NCBI GenBank assembly: GCA_024137785.1
Contig: JAHRHZ010000051.1
Coordinates: 434,001 to 498,000, forward strand
Direction: 5' to 3'
DNA length: 64,000 bases
DNA from: Ginglymostoma cirratum
Lineage: Eukaryota
Shown here: one piece after another, positions 48,781 through 62,230 of the stretch
How positions within the stretch are numbered: position 1 is the first letter of the stretch
How the letters are laid out: every line of letters starts with the position of its first letter
Position numbers and translations under genes: made by a program
Notes under the pieces: generated by a model
The model's input: the letters and a program-made list of their open reading frames with translations, nothing else
Databases searched by the model: none
What the model was told of the DNA's origin: nothing

Positions 48781-51599
48781 GGCACTTAGTTAGACATTCC
48801 AGATAGATGTAATTCTCTTCAAGTATCTAAGACCTAGATCTGTTTCACAGAGGGGAAACAGACAAACGCTTTCTATTTTCTATTCTGCTCCGTTACCATG
48901 TTCTTCCCCCAACAGCATTGTTTCTAGCAAATAAAAGCACACACCTGAGATGCATTCCTAATAGTATGAAACCCCACCAGACGCATGGAGATGTGATATC
49001 CAACTTGGACCTGTACTTCATATAGGAGCACAGTCAGGGGCCAAAGCTGACACTAGGAATAAGATCAGTACTTACACTAAAACTTGTGGGGTCATCATTT
49101 TTTAAAGCCACTTTTTAAATAAGTGCACGAATAATACCCATTTCACAAACTTTCCCATGCATACAATAAAAGATCGCATGTGGACTAGAGTATAACAGAA
49201 TTCTTTAGAATTCTTACAGAATTGTAGGAGAATCAGAACCATTTTGGTCAGAGGGGTTGGAACATGTTGAGCTATCAAAGGCTAACTGAGAAGGTAGCAA
49301 CTCATTTGCTTTCAAATACTCAGAGCCATGATTTAGTTTCAGTACTCCTACACTGACACTGAACACTTTGAAATCTATAATTGTGTTGGGTGTCATCAGT
49401 CTCCTCATGGAACTAACAGAAGTTTTTCTTGTGCCTGTGGAAGATGTAACCATTGTCAATGCTCAGATAGCCGGTTCCAACAGCATCTGTATCAAGAAAT
49501 GCAGAGTTAAAGGTACTGATCTTCTCCAAGTCCGGCCGATTTGGCAGTTTTTCAAAAATGACAAATTTCAGGATTACTGCTCCAAATCGAACTTACAGCA
49601 AATTTTGTTGGTACATTTACAGGTGCAGGCAGTTATCACATATGCAGCACTCCCCCTTGCTGGCTTCCTTGCAGGAACAGGCAATTTAAAACCCTGCCAC
49701 AGCTCATGTTAGGCTATGTAGGCACTGCGGAACTGGCTCGCATGGCAATTAAATAAACCTAGTTTAGGGGTGGGGGGGTGGTGGTTGCATGGAGGTGCTA
49801 GAAGCCTTGACAAGGGCATTCCCTCTGCCAATTAGGAACTTTACTCCGTCCATCAGGGCACCCACAGATCAGGTCAGGAAGGGTGCAATAAAATGTTGTA
49901 GCAGACGACAGGACATCACATTACACACAAAATTCTGCCCAGAAACTGTTTTTCTCTCTATAGATTCCAGCCAGACTTGCTTAGTATTTCTAGTGCTCTC
50001 TGTTTTTATTGGTATAGAGTTAATGGGCTGAATAGCCTGTTTTTGTGGTGTAACATTCTATCTAAATTATGCCGAGAAACTACATATATAGTGACAACAC
50101 CAGAAAGTGTTTCTAAGTAGAACTAAACAAAGCATTTGTAAGCTTTGAACTCCAATATGGAAAGGTTTTCAGAGTAATCAATGCCATTTCACTGTTTGTG
50201 AAGAAAAACAAGTTGCAAAAATGTGAGGTTGAAAAAAAACAAATCTTTGGGGTTCTTTTAATTAAGATTAAATACTGTATTGACCACCATTTCGTCCTGG
50301 TTTATTTTAAAGTGCTTTTTTAATATGATTATTCCAGGATCAAAACAAAATCTGACAACATTTCTTGCATATTTTAAAGGCATATCCATACAATACTGCT
50401 TCTTTTGTACCATCCTTGTTCAATTAGAATGCTGAGAGACTGGGATCCATTAAGCCGACTCCTTGCGTTTGGCCATTTAATGCACCTCATTGGGCCTGGC
50501 TGAAGACTCACTGGACTGAGACTTCAGTATTTTCATTAAATGCAAGTTGCATTTAATTTTTTGGAGGTTTTCTCAGTGTGAGGCCTAGTGAGACTTTTCT
50601 CTGTATCTAACCAAACTCATTTCATTAACAACCCACCCTTGGCGTCCGTCACATCTAATTCCATCCTTCATTTTACCATACACTGTTTCTGGAACAACTT
50701 GCCAGTTACTGGATATCTTCTGAGAGATTGGCATCTCGTGCCCGTTCCATCTAACAAAGGCCACTACGGACCCAGACAAGAGTTACTGAACTAGTGTTGC
50801 CCCTCACCAGCAACCTACTGGCACAGCAGCCACAAAGCCATACTACTCACAGCTACATTGCATCTAAACTGCCTTCCCAGGTCACTGCTACTCTGTCCTC
50901 AATGCCCGCTTAAAAACCTGAATCTTGTTATTGTCCAGTTGGGGTACATCACATACAGCTGAACAATTCCAAATATGTGCTTTTATTTAGTCATCAAAAG
51001 TGAACACAAACAAAACAAATAGAGGTTGTAGTTCAGACCAACCAAATGATGACATTATTACCAATGTCTACGTCACAGGCACATTGGCTTCCTGATCCCA
51101 CTTTCCATCTCCTGGAACCAGATGTCAAATGAAGAGCTATCTGGCTTGTAGCACCTGAGGCAGCTAAGCATGCACAAGGAGAGCTTCTTCCTCCCCAGTG
51201 AACTCATCATCCTCCTTAAAAGATTGCTCCCATTCCCCAATTCATCAGCATCCAGCACAGTACCTTGTTACCTGCTCCAATTGTACAGAGCAGAGCCCAC
51301 CAGGACGATACATCACAGTCTGTCTGGACAACATTTTGTATTTTTGTACTTATCCTTTATTTTCCTAGTTTAAATTATGAAAGACTTTCATGTAAACTAT
51401 TACTTATTTCTTTAGTTTTCTACTATTCTATGAAGTAATGTTTAACTGTTTAAACTCTCATTTCTCTTACTACTTTGTCCCTAAGGTTTTTGTACTTAGG
51501 TATCTTGATACCTAATGGTACCGTGTGTGACAACATTATACACTTTGCACTGTACTCCCATACTTGAGTACACGTGACAATAAAATCTAAAAATCTAAA

Positions 51600-54560
51600 T
51601 CTACTTGAGAGCCATCACCCCCACCAGTCCAAACAGGAGAACAACATCTTCAACTGTTCCATCAGTACAGGTGTTATGAGATGATGTCATGAGCCATGGT
51701 GGTAGTGGGTATCCCTTGTCCACCAGTCAGCAGCTTTGCAAGGAACCTAGACCTGCAAATCCACCAAGTACATGAGAATGCTCCAAGATTCAGGAGTTAT
51801 GGCAGCTGCCAGAGTACCAGGAACACTCCTCCAGGAAGTGGTAATGGATCACATGGACATTAATAGAATAGAATCCCTTCTTGTTGATGAATTCTGCAGT
51901 GTTGTGACAGGGCTTTCTCAGGGCTGCACATGTACAGTCAGAAGCATCCTGCATTTGGGGGATAACAAGGTGCAGAGCTGGATGGACACAGCAGGCCAAG
52001 CAGCATCGGAGGAGCAGGAAAGCTGACGTTTTGGATCTGGATCCTTCTTCAGATTTCTGATGCTGCTTGGGCCTGCTGTGTTCATCCAGCTCTACAGCTT
52101 GTTATCTCAGATTCTCCAGCATTGGCAGTTCCTACTATCTCTGCATTTGGGGGAACCAGCTAAGTTCCCGAATCACATTGCCCAGGCTGTATCACCAATC
52201 TCGTTGTGGGGAAACAAAAGAAACCGGTGTGACCAATGTTACTGGTTACTCCTGATGCATTGTGGTGTACGCTGAGAGGTCTGACACAGATCACTCATTA
52301 CTCCTTGGAAGAAGCTAGCTATATAGAAATTCAAAGCAGCTGTCACCTTCAAGTCACTGGGAAAGGATTGCCTCGCAGTTCTGCAGCCCTCAGTTCAGAT
52401 TTAGCATCCGGCACAGTTGCATCAGTGTCCTGGGACATAGAGTCTGCACTGACACTATGTCTCACTCATCCCCAGAAAAATGAACTGGAGGCAGAAAACT
52501 CTGCAGTATTCCTATTACAAGGGTCATGTGTCCATCGTTTATTCTGTTTCACCCTCAGCACGGTCTACAACTTGGCAAAAGTGTCATGCCAGTTGACTGG
52601 CCAAAACATTCTCTCAGCAGGGAGGGTGTGCTGCACTCCAAACACCTTCCCATTCCCAGACCGACATCAATCATTCAACTCTGCTCCCACATGGATAATC
52701 CCAAGTTATATGGGGGAAGAGGGAATAGCGTACAGCTATTCCCTCTGTATAAGGCATGGTAACCAACTCCTTCATGTTTTTGTCCCTTCAACGTTCTCAA
52801 ATCTACCAGACATGCTTTCGCCCTTCGAACTGAGACTGATTCTGTCCACTCTGGTTTTTTGTCCATGTAATTTTCCAGCTGCAGCTAGTGTCTAGGGAAC
52901 AGTAAGTGATGGCAGGGAACATCACTCACAGTCAGCATTGAGCTGTGCCTGATTATCAGTAACCTCCGCCCTTCCCAACAGGGCCTCTAAGTCTACATTT
53001 ATTTCAGGCTACATCAAAAGGCTATTACCACCTATTCTGGCCCACTGTGCCCCCCATACTGTAGTGACCCACCAAATTGAATTTTGCCTTCAACTATCCT
53101 CCCAGTCAACAAACTGTGACATTACACATCAATGATGCCTACCCTGCGCCTCTATGCTCCCTATGTGGAGACCACAGGCACTGACCCCTCGATCACTTTC
53201 CCTGCTGTAGCCTATCATGTTCTCCAATGCTGTTGCACATACCTCCCTATCTCCCATATATCTGTAGGATCCCCCCCATGTCCCCACCATCATCGGCCAT
53301 GTCCCACTTCTACACATGCCTTTGCTTCCCACTCCCAAGCCTGGACACCCCCTCCCCTTTCTGCTTGTATCCTCCTCAATGATTCATGAGGACGATACAA
53401 TCATGGAGCAGCTGGATGTATTTGCTCAGACATCTGGCCTCTGACCAACTTCGATGTGTAGCTGCTAGACACAACTGACCAGAACCAAGACAGCTGTGTT
53501 TACTGCTGATGCTAAAGAACTGACCGTTATCCACTCCCCAAACTGTAGTTGAATACATCTGACTATGCCAGTTCTGCGTGAATGGCTGACTGTAGACAAT
53601 GTCCTCAACATTGTGTGCAGATTGAGTCCGTAACTGACAGTACCAGGACCTGCCTGACAGCGACACTACCTTGACTGGACTGAGAACTAGCCCCCATCCT
53701 GTTCCTGACAAGGCTATATGGTTGAATTATTGTGCAGTGAGTTTGCTGTGTAGGCAGCTAGCACATGCTGCAGACATTAGATTGATGTCTCGCTTGTTGC
53801 TGTACAGCAATGTGTCCCCGTCCCCAGTCAAACCCCTATCAACAAGCTGCCTGTCTGTGTGTCTACACAAAAGAGCACCTTAATACTGATAGCCTTTAGC
53901 CTCTGGCTGAACCACCAATTCACTAACTGGAACAGCATGACAATGCAAAGCCAGGCAAGGATGTAGGTAGGTGCGAAATGAGCGAGTGCTAAGAGAGCAT
54001 GTGAGCAGCCCTGAGGTGCAGCCAGGTCTAACCTGTGAACTGGTGTTTTTCCCAGTGTGCAAAGTGTCCTTGCTGCAGCCTTTCAATGCTAGTTGCTGAT
54101 GCAGCCTGCAATTCAGGTCTGTATTTACTAAGTGTTCTGCAAGTATATTGGAGAGATCTTATGATGCTCACAAGGGGTTGGCAACTATTAGATACCAATG
54201 TCTGTGGATGAGGATTATGTGTGACTGATTCCCATGGATTAGGCTTGAGATGCAGTTTGGTGGTCAGCAACATGGAGGGTCTTCGCAGCCAGTGGTGAGC
54301 TGAAGTATCCATTCTGACTTTCATGCCAAGAATTCTTGATGTCTATTTTGTTCAGCATGTTTGGTAAAATAGAAAGCTGAATATTAAAGTGCTGAACCAT
54401 GGCACTAATGCGATATCCACCAAGGTATAATCTCCCTTAATTGATAACTCGCCCGTCAGCAAAAGTATAATAGATGTAGCAAGATGCTCCCATTGTTGAG
54501 ATAGGCCTTGCTGGACTTCTCATTTGATTTTGTCACAAACCTTGCCATATCTCATGTTGC
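51600..54560 (-). mobile_element. Decayed PIF/Harbinger DNA transposon (transposase remnant at about 51620-52500)
   Basis: Minus-strand GFPQMQDASDCT, FINKKGFYSINV, GSCHNS and DKGYPL match the HARBI1-type DDE motifs GAIDCTH, NRKG.HS.N, PGS.HD and DxGYP; distal boundary approximate. Confidence 0.7.
51961..52141. mobile_element. Short fold-back Penelope pLTR insertion with TSD
   Basis: Inverted pLTR halves; ctgcatttgggg at 51949-51960 and 52141-52152. Confidence 0.85.
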
Positions 54561-54689
54561 ACAGACTCCTATAAGATACTACCCATTGATTTTGCTTTCT
54601 GTGGATCGTGGCACTGGGACGTGGCAGAAGCATTTCGCATTGTGCAAACCTGGAGATTACACAGACATGGTGCTCTGAAATCCCAATTA

Positions 54690-55110
54690 AAATAACTGCT
54701 TAAATATATTTAAATTATGCAGTTTAGAAAGGTAATAGGCAACTTGACTGAAACACGCAAGATCCTGAGCTGTCTCAACAGAGCAGATGTGAACCAAATG
54801 TTTCTTGTTGTGGGAGAATCTGGAATGAAAGAAGACTGTTTCAAAGTAAGGGTCACCAATTTAAGACAGAAATGAGGGGGATATTTTTTCTCACACGAGG
54901 GTTGAGTGTCTTTGGAACTCTCTTTTTCCAAAAGGTGGAGGAAGCAGGGTCCTTGAGTATTTTTAAGACAAAGGTGAATGGAGTCTTGATAAGCAGAGGA
55001 TGAAAGGTTATTAAGGGTAATATGGAGTGATCAGAGGAGTCACATATTATTGAATGGTGGACTAGCCTCGAGGGGCTGAGTGGCCTACACGTACTCCTAA
55101 TTCATTTGTA
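54690..55110 (+). mobile_element. CR1 3' end fragment
   Basis: Similar to 36100-36510 (ctcgaggggctgagtggcctac..tcctaattc). Confidence 0.75.
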
Positions 55111-56001
55111 AAATATAAAGTCAGTTTGATGTCCAGTTTAAAATCCAGATTGTAGTCCATCTGTAAAATGTTATGGGTCTGCCAATGATTTAAACACACA
55201 GCTCGCAATCCAGCTCATCCTACCTGATTCCCAGATCTCTGCTTCTGCATCATTTTCCTCTAAATGTTAAAAAGACAGAAGGTGGGGGGAGAAAGAATAA
55301 AGAACGTACATGGAATGTTGCTGCATAAATTAAAATAATAAATAAAATTAGTATCTAACAAATGATGAGCAGGATAAGCATGGCACAAAACATTGTAACA
55401 AGGGTTAAAGCTAACATCAGGGAACAAGGGCCATATGAAAACTTAGCCAAAGAGACTACTTCCCTGCAGCAATATTTCTCTAATTTTATTATTAATTTCA
55501 GAAGTCTCTTGTCTGCGGTGCTGATTAACTCAGTTGGCTGTAAGAAGTATCGGTTGGATCATATTAATGCCAAATGCATGGGCTTTGATCTTTATTCTGG
55601 CCGAGGTAAACTCTTGGGCTTGCCCTTCATCTTACCAGTAATAAAAGATTGACATGTTTCAGTTGTCAGCCAAAAGAGTTGCCTTCAGAAAGGGAATCCA
55701 AGAAGAAGACAATGTTATTTACGTACTGTGATATTATGTCTTCTACTGTAAGTTTGCTTCCAAGTAACTCCCGCCATGCTTATGCTGTGATGTTAAACAG
55801 AACGTGAAAGAATGCTAGATCAAAATAGACGCTCCGTGAAGTGTTTGACTAAACATTTTGCTTTCTTTAAAACATCTTGTGTTTGAAAGAGAAAGGGGAA
55901 GCACACATGAAAAAAAGACACATACAATAAACAGCACAGATAAAAATTCCATTCATATGAACGCAACAGACAATAGAAAATTAGGAATTAAAGAGACAGA
56001 C

Positions 56002-56034
56002 CTGAGTTCCTCCTTTTGGGTGATTCCAATTCTT
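56002..56034 (-). CDS. RIMS2: RIMS2 33-nt microexon (phase 1-1): (K)ELESPKRRNS(G)
   Basis: Long polypyrimidine tract, then ATCACAG|AA GAA TTG GAA TCA CCC AAA AGG AGG AAC TCA G|GTCTGT; joins 41014 to give RRNSGAMDVEER, like the recalled vertebrate RIM2 isoform ..STRKRNSGAMDIEER. Confidence 0.8.
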
Positions 56035-57406
56035 CTGTGATCACAAAATGGCAAGACATAGACAAAGAAGATGAGTGTGAGCGAATGCTTTCAGGTGATG
56101 AAACTGAGTGATGAAAACAGACTTAATCAGATTCAATGTGACATTCAGCAGATTGTCAATTTTCGGGAAGCAGGCATCAGTTACACCTGTTATAGCACAT
56201 GGGCAGGAAGGCTAAAAGGATTAAAAGATAATTTGACTCACAAGCAAAGAAACAGTAAGTGACTTTTTTGTGTATGCTGCAGACAGCATCACATCTTCTA
56301 ATGCAAATAATAAGTCAGAAATAGTGCTAAAATGGATGAAGTAAAACTGTTATTACAGAAGGAGAATAATTCATATCCTGCAGATATTTCCTTTTACCTT
56401 AATTCATAAAGAGTTCTGCTATGATGTTTTATTTGTCAAGTATTCATGAGCATTCGGTCAATGAAAGGAAGCTTCACAAAATTAGTAAATTTAAAAGTGC
56501 AAGCGTTCACTTAGATTTGATTACATTTTTATTCAAAGTAATTGATTTTAAAAAGTGCATAGGTTCCATGCCTTGGATACCACATCAAACTGAATTATCA
56601 GTGCATTATTGTTCAGAATTGAAATTTGATCCAAGTTTTGAGGAGCTCAGTTTTGATTCACGACTTTGGCTTTCAATGTAGCTTTATAAATCTCAAAAGT
56701 GTTGATGAAAATGCTGAAATATAGGATCTAGGAAAAATAATCTAATCAATCATAGCTGAAAATTGCAATGGAGAAAACAAAAACCATCCGAGTTGCAACT
56801 GATGTCTACGTCTTATCACCAAAAAGTACTCAATTTCATATGGTGCATATTCAGGATGCTTATTATGTCCATCTCACAAGGTCTGTTAAATTTAAGCCGT
56901 GCAGCTAAGTGTGGACATCCCTTCACTAGATGACACCCAGAAACAAACATTTTGTTACCCAAATTGATCTTATATTTCTTGAAACACTAGAAGATTAAAT
57001 GATAATTCAGCAATATTCAGCTCACAATTATGTAATTATTTTGCCACAGTTTATGATTTTTTTCTAAATAACATTAATAATTGCAAATCTGATTTGAGTA
57101 TTTGTTTAATACAGCCATGCTACAACAATATTGCTGTTTGTGGCTTTCATCAAAAACTGATCAAACTTTAAATTGTAAAGAAGCAAATTAAAGAAATCCC
57201 AATAAAACACAGTTAATTTTATACTGGTTGGTTCAGAATGCCTCAGAACAACTTGAAGCACTGAAAGTGAACTTTCATTTTAGGGATTTGTAATGTAATT
57301 GAAAACAGAATCACATCTATCGAACAGAATTCTAGTGATCCAGACACCTTTCCTGATCCCGCATTAGGACACATACGCATGTTTTAGGCAAAGCAAAACA
57401 ACTTAC

Positions 57407-57445
57407 TTGCTTGATACACTGCACCAATTTAGTCTGATGATTGCA
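57407..57445 (-). other. Candidate microexon with a consensus donor; acceptor lies inside a palindrome
   Basis: TTTCCTGTATTTTGATGATTGCACAG|39 nt|GTAAGT; alternative inner acceptor GTGCAG| gives 12 nt (57407-57418). Confidence 0.3.
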
Positions 57446-58148
57446 CTGTGCAATCATCAAAATACAGGAAATAGTTGTTACCGATATTTGGTAAAAGATG
57501 ATAATGAGTCTTTCTGCCTTTTAATTGCCCAACAAAATAATTAATTCTAATTGTGTTGCATTACTTTATCCCTTGTTACAGACTAAGACAAGTGGCTGGA
57601 ACTGTTAGGAATACTGAATCAGCTGGGTTGATTGGCCAAATGTGCACAACCTTCTCTGCAAGAACTGTTGGTTTCAGAATGCTGAGAAAAGTTTTGTTTG
57701 AGACACCGTTGGTTGAGAGTCATTTATTGAATTTGACTATGATTGTAATTACGGTTTACTGTAATTATGAATATATTTGACACAGCTATACCTTCAAGCT
57801 ATATTGCATATATTATATTTTGCTTAAAAATTTAATTGGGTATCTTATGATAGGCATCATCGATTACATAGATCCACCATTATTTGCTAGCACTGGGGTG
57901 TGTTACGTATGTAGTTATGTATGTATGTGCTACCCCTTTAAGAGGGCTGGTCAGGTGACCCCAGGGGTGGAGCTTGAGTCCAATCAGACCCAGCTGTGAA
58001 GGGTGAGCATCGTTAACAAAGCATTCAGATTTACCATTTGTCTACCTGCAATAAAATTCTTGGTTCTAAAGGAAGCAGCAACATGGATGGGATCGAGCTC
58101 ATGAACTCTGTGCACAACTTTTTAATTGCGCATGCTGTAAATTAGGGG

Positions 58149-58338
58149 AAAAAACAGAAGTTGCTGGAAAAACTCAGCAGGTCTGGCAACATCTGTGAAG
58201 AAAAATCAATCAGAGTTAATGTTTCGAGTTTGGTGACTCTTCCTCAGAATGGTCACCGGACCCAAAACGTTAACTCTGATTGTTCTTCACAGATGCTGCC
58301 AGGCCTGCTGAGCTTTTCCAGTAACTTCTGTTTTTTTT
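58149..58338. mobile_element. Fold-back Penelope pLTR insertion (another subfamily), arms about 90 bp
   Basis: aaaacagaagttgctggaaaaactcagcagg..catctgtgaagaa is inverted with ttcttcacagatg..cctgctgagcttttccagtaacttctgtttt. Confidence 0.8.
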
Positions 58339-59157
58339 CTCTGATGGAGACATCGTCTCAACTTAAGGAACAGCGCGAAGGGTAATGTCGATGAAAAAGG
58401 TCATGACGTGACACGTACTGTGGTTGATGCCAGGAAAGAAAGCACTCACCAGTGAAAGGGCCCAGAGCAGAAGTTGTGAGGGGACTTGGGCTGGTGGTTA
58501 AAGTTGAGATAACGTACCTGCAATTTACCGAAGTAATCATGATGAGCAGTCACGAGGGGACTCGAGCTGTGGGCGATGCTAGGGAGGAAGAGTACGCTAA
58601 CACAATCGGTCAGGGAGTGGCTGACATAGGATCACTCACTGAGGGGACTCAGGTTGTAAACGTCTTTAGACTGGAATGGTGGGAAAAATTCCCACCAGCA
58701 GGAAAACAAAGAAGCGGGCCAATTTGGGAAGTTGGAACCATTTGATGAAGAGTCAGAAAATTGGACTTTGTATATGGAATGCTTTAATTCGTTCTTAAAG
58801 TTGAATGAAGTGGCTGAGGACATCATGGTACTTTTTTTTAAAAGTACCATCAGGAGCAAGGCCTTCACAACTAAGAGTAGTCTTGTACAATCAGAGAACC
58901 CTGCGAGGGAGACATTCAAAGAGCTATGCGACGTGTTAGGAAATGATCTCGTGCCCAAGCTGTAACAGTTGTGGAACATTTCTGCATTTACAAACAGCTA
59001 CAGCACAAAGAGGAGTCCATTGTCCAATTCATTGCCACCTTAGAGAGGTTAAAAGAACACTGCGAGTTTGGAGGTTCTTCCAAGATCCCTTGCAGGACCA
59101 TTTGTTCAATAGCATACGATACCTACAGTGCAGAAGGAGATAATTCTGTGAAGAGCC

Positions 59158-59363
59158 TGCACGTCCCTGAACATTATGGGGTAATTTACTATGGCAATCC
59201 ATATAACTTGCACATCTTTGGACTGTGGGAGGAAACCAGAGTACCCAGAGAAAACCCATGCAGACATAGGGAGAACATGCAAACTCCATGCAGAAAATCA
59301 CCCAAGGCTGGAATCAAACCTGGCTCCCTACTCCTGTGAGGCAACGGTGCTAACCACTGCGCA
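59158..59363 (-). mobile_element. HE1-type V-SINE inserted in Gypsy gag
   Basis: Minus strand gcgcagtggttagcaccgttgcctcac.. plus V-domain. Confidence 0.85.
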
Positions 59364-61883
59364 AACTTGTCGGCTTGTGGCATCTGAAATGAAGCCATCT
59401 GACAGAAACTACTAACAAGCAGAAGCCTAGATTTCAAGACAGGTTTTTAAATTGCTACCTCAATGGAGTTGATAGCCAGCACAGTGACCTAATTGCTAAC
59501 AACGCCCAGGTGCAACAAGTAGTGGAAATACCACCCATAGAATACCATTGATATGGTAAGAGTGGCCACAAGGAATCAACGTGTTGGAGTTGAGAAGCCC
59601 AGTGACACAGGTGTAAGCATTTGGGTTACATTGATCAAAATTGCCAGCTGCAATCCAAACTAGAGAAGGGAAGTCAGAAAGAAACAACACTGAGGATAAG
59701 ACATAAGGTACACGTCACCAACCAAGGAGTAGACAGGGAGTCGGTGAGGTCTGCAGAAGAAGCAGATGGCCCAGAGTCAGCAGAGTTTCAGTCAAACACA
59801 TTGTCAATATGGGGTAAAACTAATTTTTTCTGGGTTCTGCCCAAAGTAGAGGGGAAGACAATAAAGATGGAATGGGATGTAGGTGCAGTGGTGTCCCTGA
59901 TTCTCGAATCAATCAGTCTATGCGGAGAAGCTAGGGGAACTATCAGTGAAGCCTGCTAAGATTATACTGTGGACATACATGGAACAGGTGGTGCCACTGA
60001 AGGGCTATGTATTAGTGAAAGTACAGTTAAGGGACCAGTATGTGGAATTGCCACCCTGCATTAGTCAGACTTTCCTGATTACAAAAATTACAGTTGAACT
60101 GGGGCATGGTTAATAGGCAGGCGAACTCAAACATGAGTTTGCAAGCAATCCTGGTCAGGTACAAAGGTGTCTTCAAAAGAATCTCATGGGAAATGAAAGG
60201 AATCAAAACTAAATTACAGCTGAAGGCAGAGGCTCATCCTATGAGTCTGAAGGTGCATCTAGTACCACATGCCATCCGGCCTAAAGTGAAGTTGGAACTG
60301 GAATGGCTGGTGGTCCTGGGAGCATTGGAACCAGTAACCACCAATGAACAGGCCACTTCCATCATTCTGGTTTTAAAAATAAATGGTGCAGTGAGGATTT
60401 GTGGTGAGTTTAAGATCACAGGCAACCCAGCCCTGAATATGGATCAATACCCCTTCCACTCATAGAAGACCTATTCAGTGGACTGGTACGAGGAAAGAAA
60501 TTTTCTGAAACGGATCGGTCGCAGGTCTACAGAGGGGGATAGCTAAGGTGTCTCAGCTGCTGCTGATGATAGTGACACACAGTGGACTTTTCCACAATAA
60601 GCAACTGCCTTTTGGCATCACATCATGAAGACCTCTCGATCACAGAATGTGTCTCTACTTAGATTGTTCTTGGGACTTATCGATTACTATGGCAAGTTTG
60701 TGTCTGATGTGGCAACCATACCAAAATCCCTGCATCAGCTGCTAGGAATGGTGGACCCATGGAAATGTTCTCAAATGTGAGGTGGCTGACTGAGAGGTGA
60801 AGCAAAAGGTTGGAACTGTTCGTGCACTTTGACCCAAAGTTTTCATTTGCCTTATGGAGTTTGCACATCTTACCAAACGGTGAGGAAAATCCCATTGCTT
60901 TCACATTGAGGTCACTGTTGAAGATGGAGGAGAATTATGCTCAAGTTGAAAAAGTAGGATTGAGCATCATATTTGGAATTAAGAAGTTCAACCATTTCCT
61001 TTACAGAAGGCACTTTGTGCTATTGACCAACCAAAGACCTCTAACCTCCATTTTTGGCCTATATACAGGTATACTATCAATGGCGGCAGCACACATGCAA
61101 AGATCGGCACTGGCTTTGTCAGTCAATTCATATAAGATCAAATACCAACAGGCAAAGAAGCATGGCAATACACATGCTTTGTCAAGGTTATCACTAGTGG
61201 AGAATAAAGATGTTCCCAACTGGAACCTCAAAATTATGTACTTTTCTCAGAGTGATAAGATGCTGGTGTCAATGAATTGGGGCAGAACGCTACTAGAAAC
61301 AACCTGGCTTTGAGCTGAGTTGAGGACTTTGTTCTGAAAGGGTAGACCAATCACGGAAACCACCTAGAATTACACCCTGAATTAAAGAGGCAGGAATTGT
61401 CCATATTGGATGGGTGTTTAATGTGGGGAATGAAAGTTGTTATTCCTCCCCAGTTAAGAGGAAAAGTGCTGGAAAAAGGGCAGCCAGGGTACCCCAGCAT
61501 GGTGCAAATGGAGGAGACAGCCAGGAGGTACTTCGGTGGCTGAAAGTAGACACCCAGACTGAGGAGAAAGTGGGATCATATGAATCCTCTGCATTATTAA
61601 GAAAGGTGCTGCCATTATTGTCCCTTCACCCAGGGGAATGGTCAACGGGGAAAGTTCCTCAGTACACCGAGCTGGTCCAGATGGGACCAGGGACGTTGAC
61701 CATGTCATGTGTTTCCAAGCCAGGTTGGCCATACCCAGGAAGGAGATAACAGCACTGTCAGAGCAACAACAGCCAGAGGGGGTCATACCTGCAGAACAAC
61801 AGGAGCTTGCTGAGACTCACAGACTGTACTAGAAAAGATTCCTGAGAGCAGGAAAGTCTTCAAGGAATTATCATCCCACTGAG

Positions 61884-62230
61884 AGAGAGGCGATGGCCTA
61901 GTGATATTATTGCTGGACTGTTAATCCAGAGACCCAGATAACGTTCTGGGGACCCGGGTTCGAATCCTACCATGGCAGATGGTGGAATTTGAATTCAATA
62001 AAATGTCTGAAATTAAGAATCTAATGATGACCATGAGTTGATTGTTGAAAAAACCCATCTGGTTCACTAATGTCCTTCAGGGAAGGAAACTGCCATCCTT
62101 ATCTGGTCTGGTCTACATGTGACTCCAGATCCACAGCAATGTGGTTGACTCTTAACTGCTCTCTGGGCAATTAGGGATGGGCAATAAATGCTGCCTGGCC
62201 AGCGACGCCCTCATCCCATGAATGAATTTA
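61884..62230 (+). mobile_element. tRNA-derived SINE with L2-like tail, well preserved
   Basis: A box tggcctagtga, B box gggttcgaatcc, tail gggcaattagggatgggcaataaatgc..catcccatgaatgaat. Confidence 0.85.

Noticed and set aside
52236-52895. 219-aa plus-strand ORF
   Set aside because: Antisense to a decayed Harbinger element; no recognisable domain
61884-61975. tRNA gene
   Set aside because: tRNA-derived SINE head continuing into SINE body; no cloverleaf or terminator
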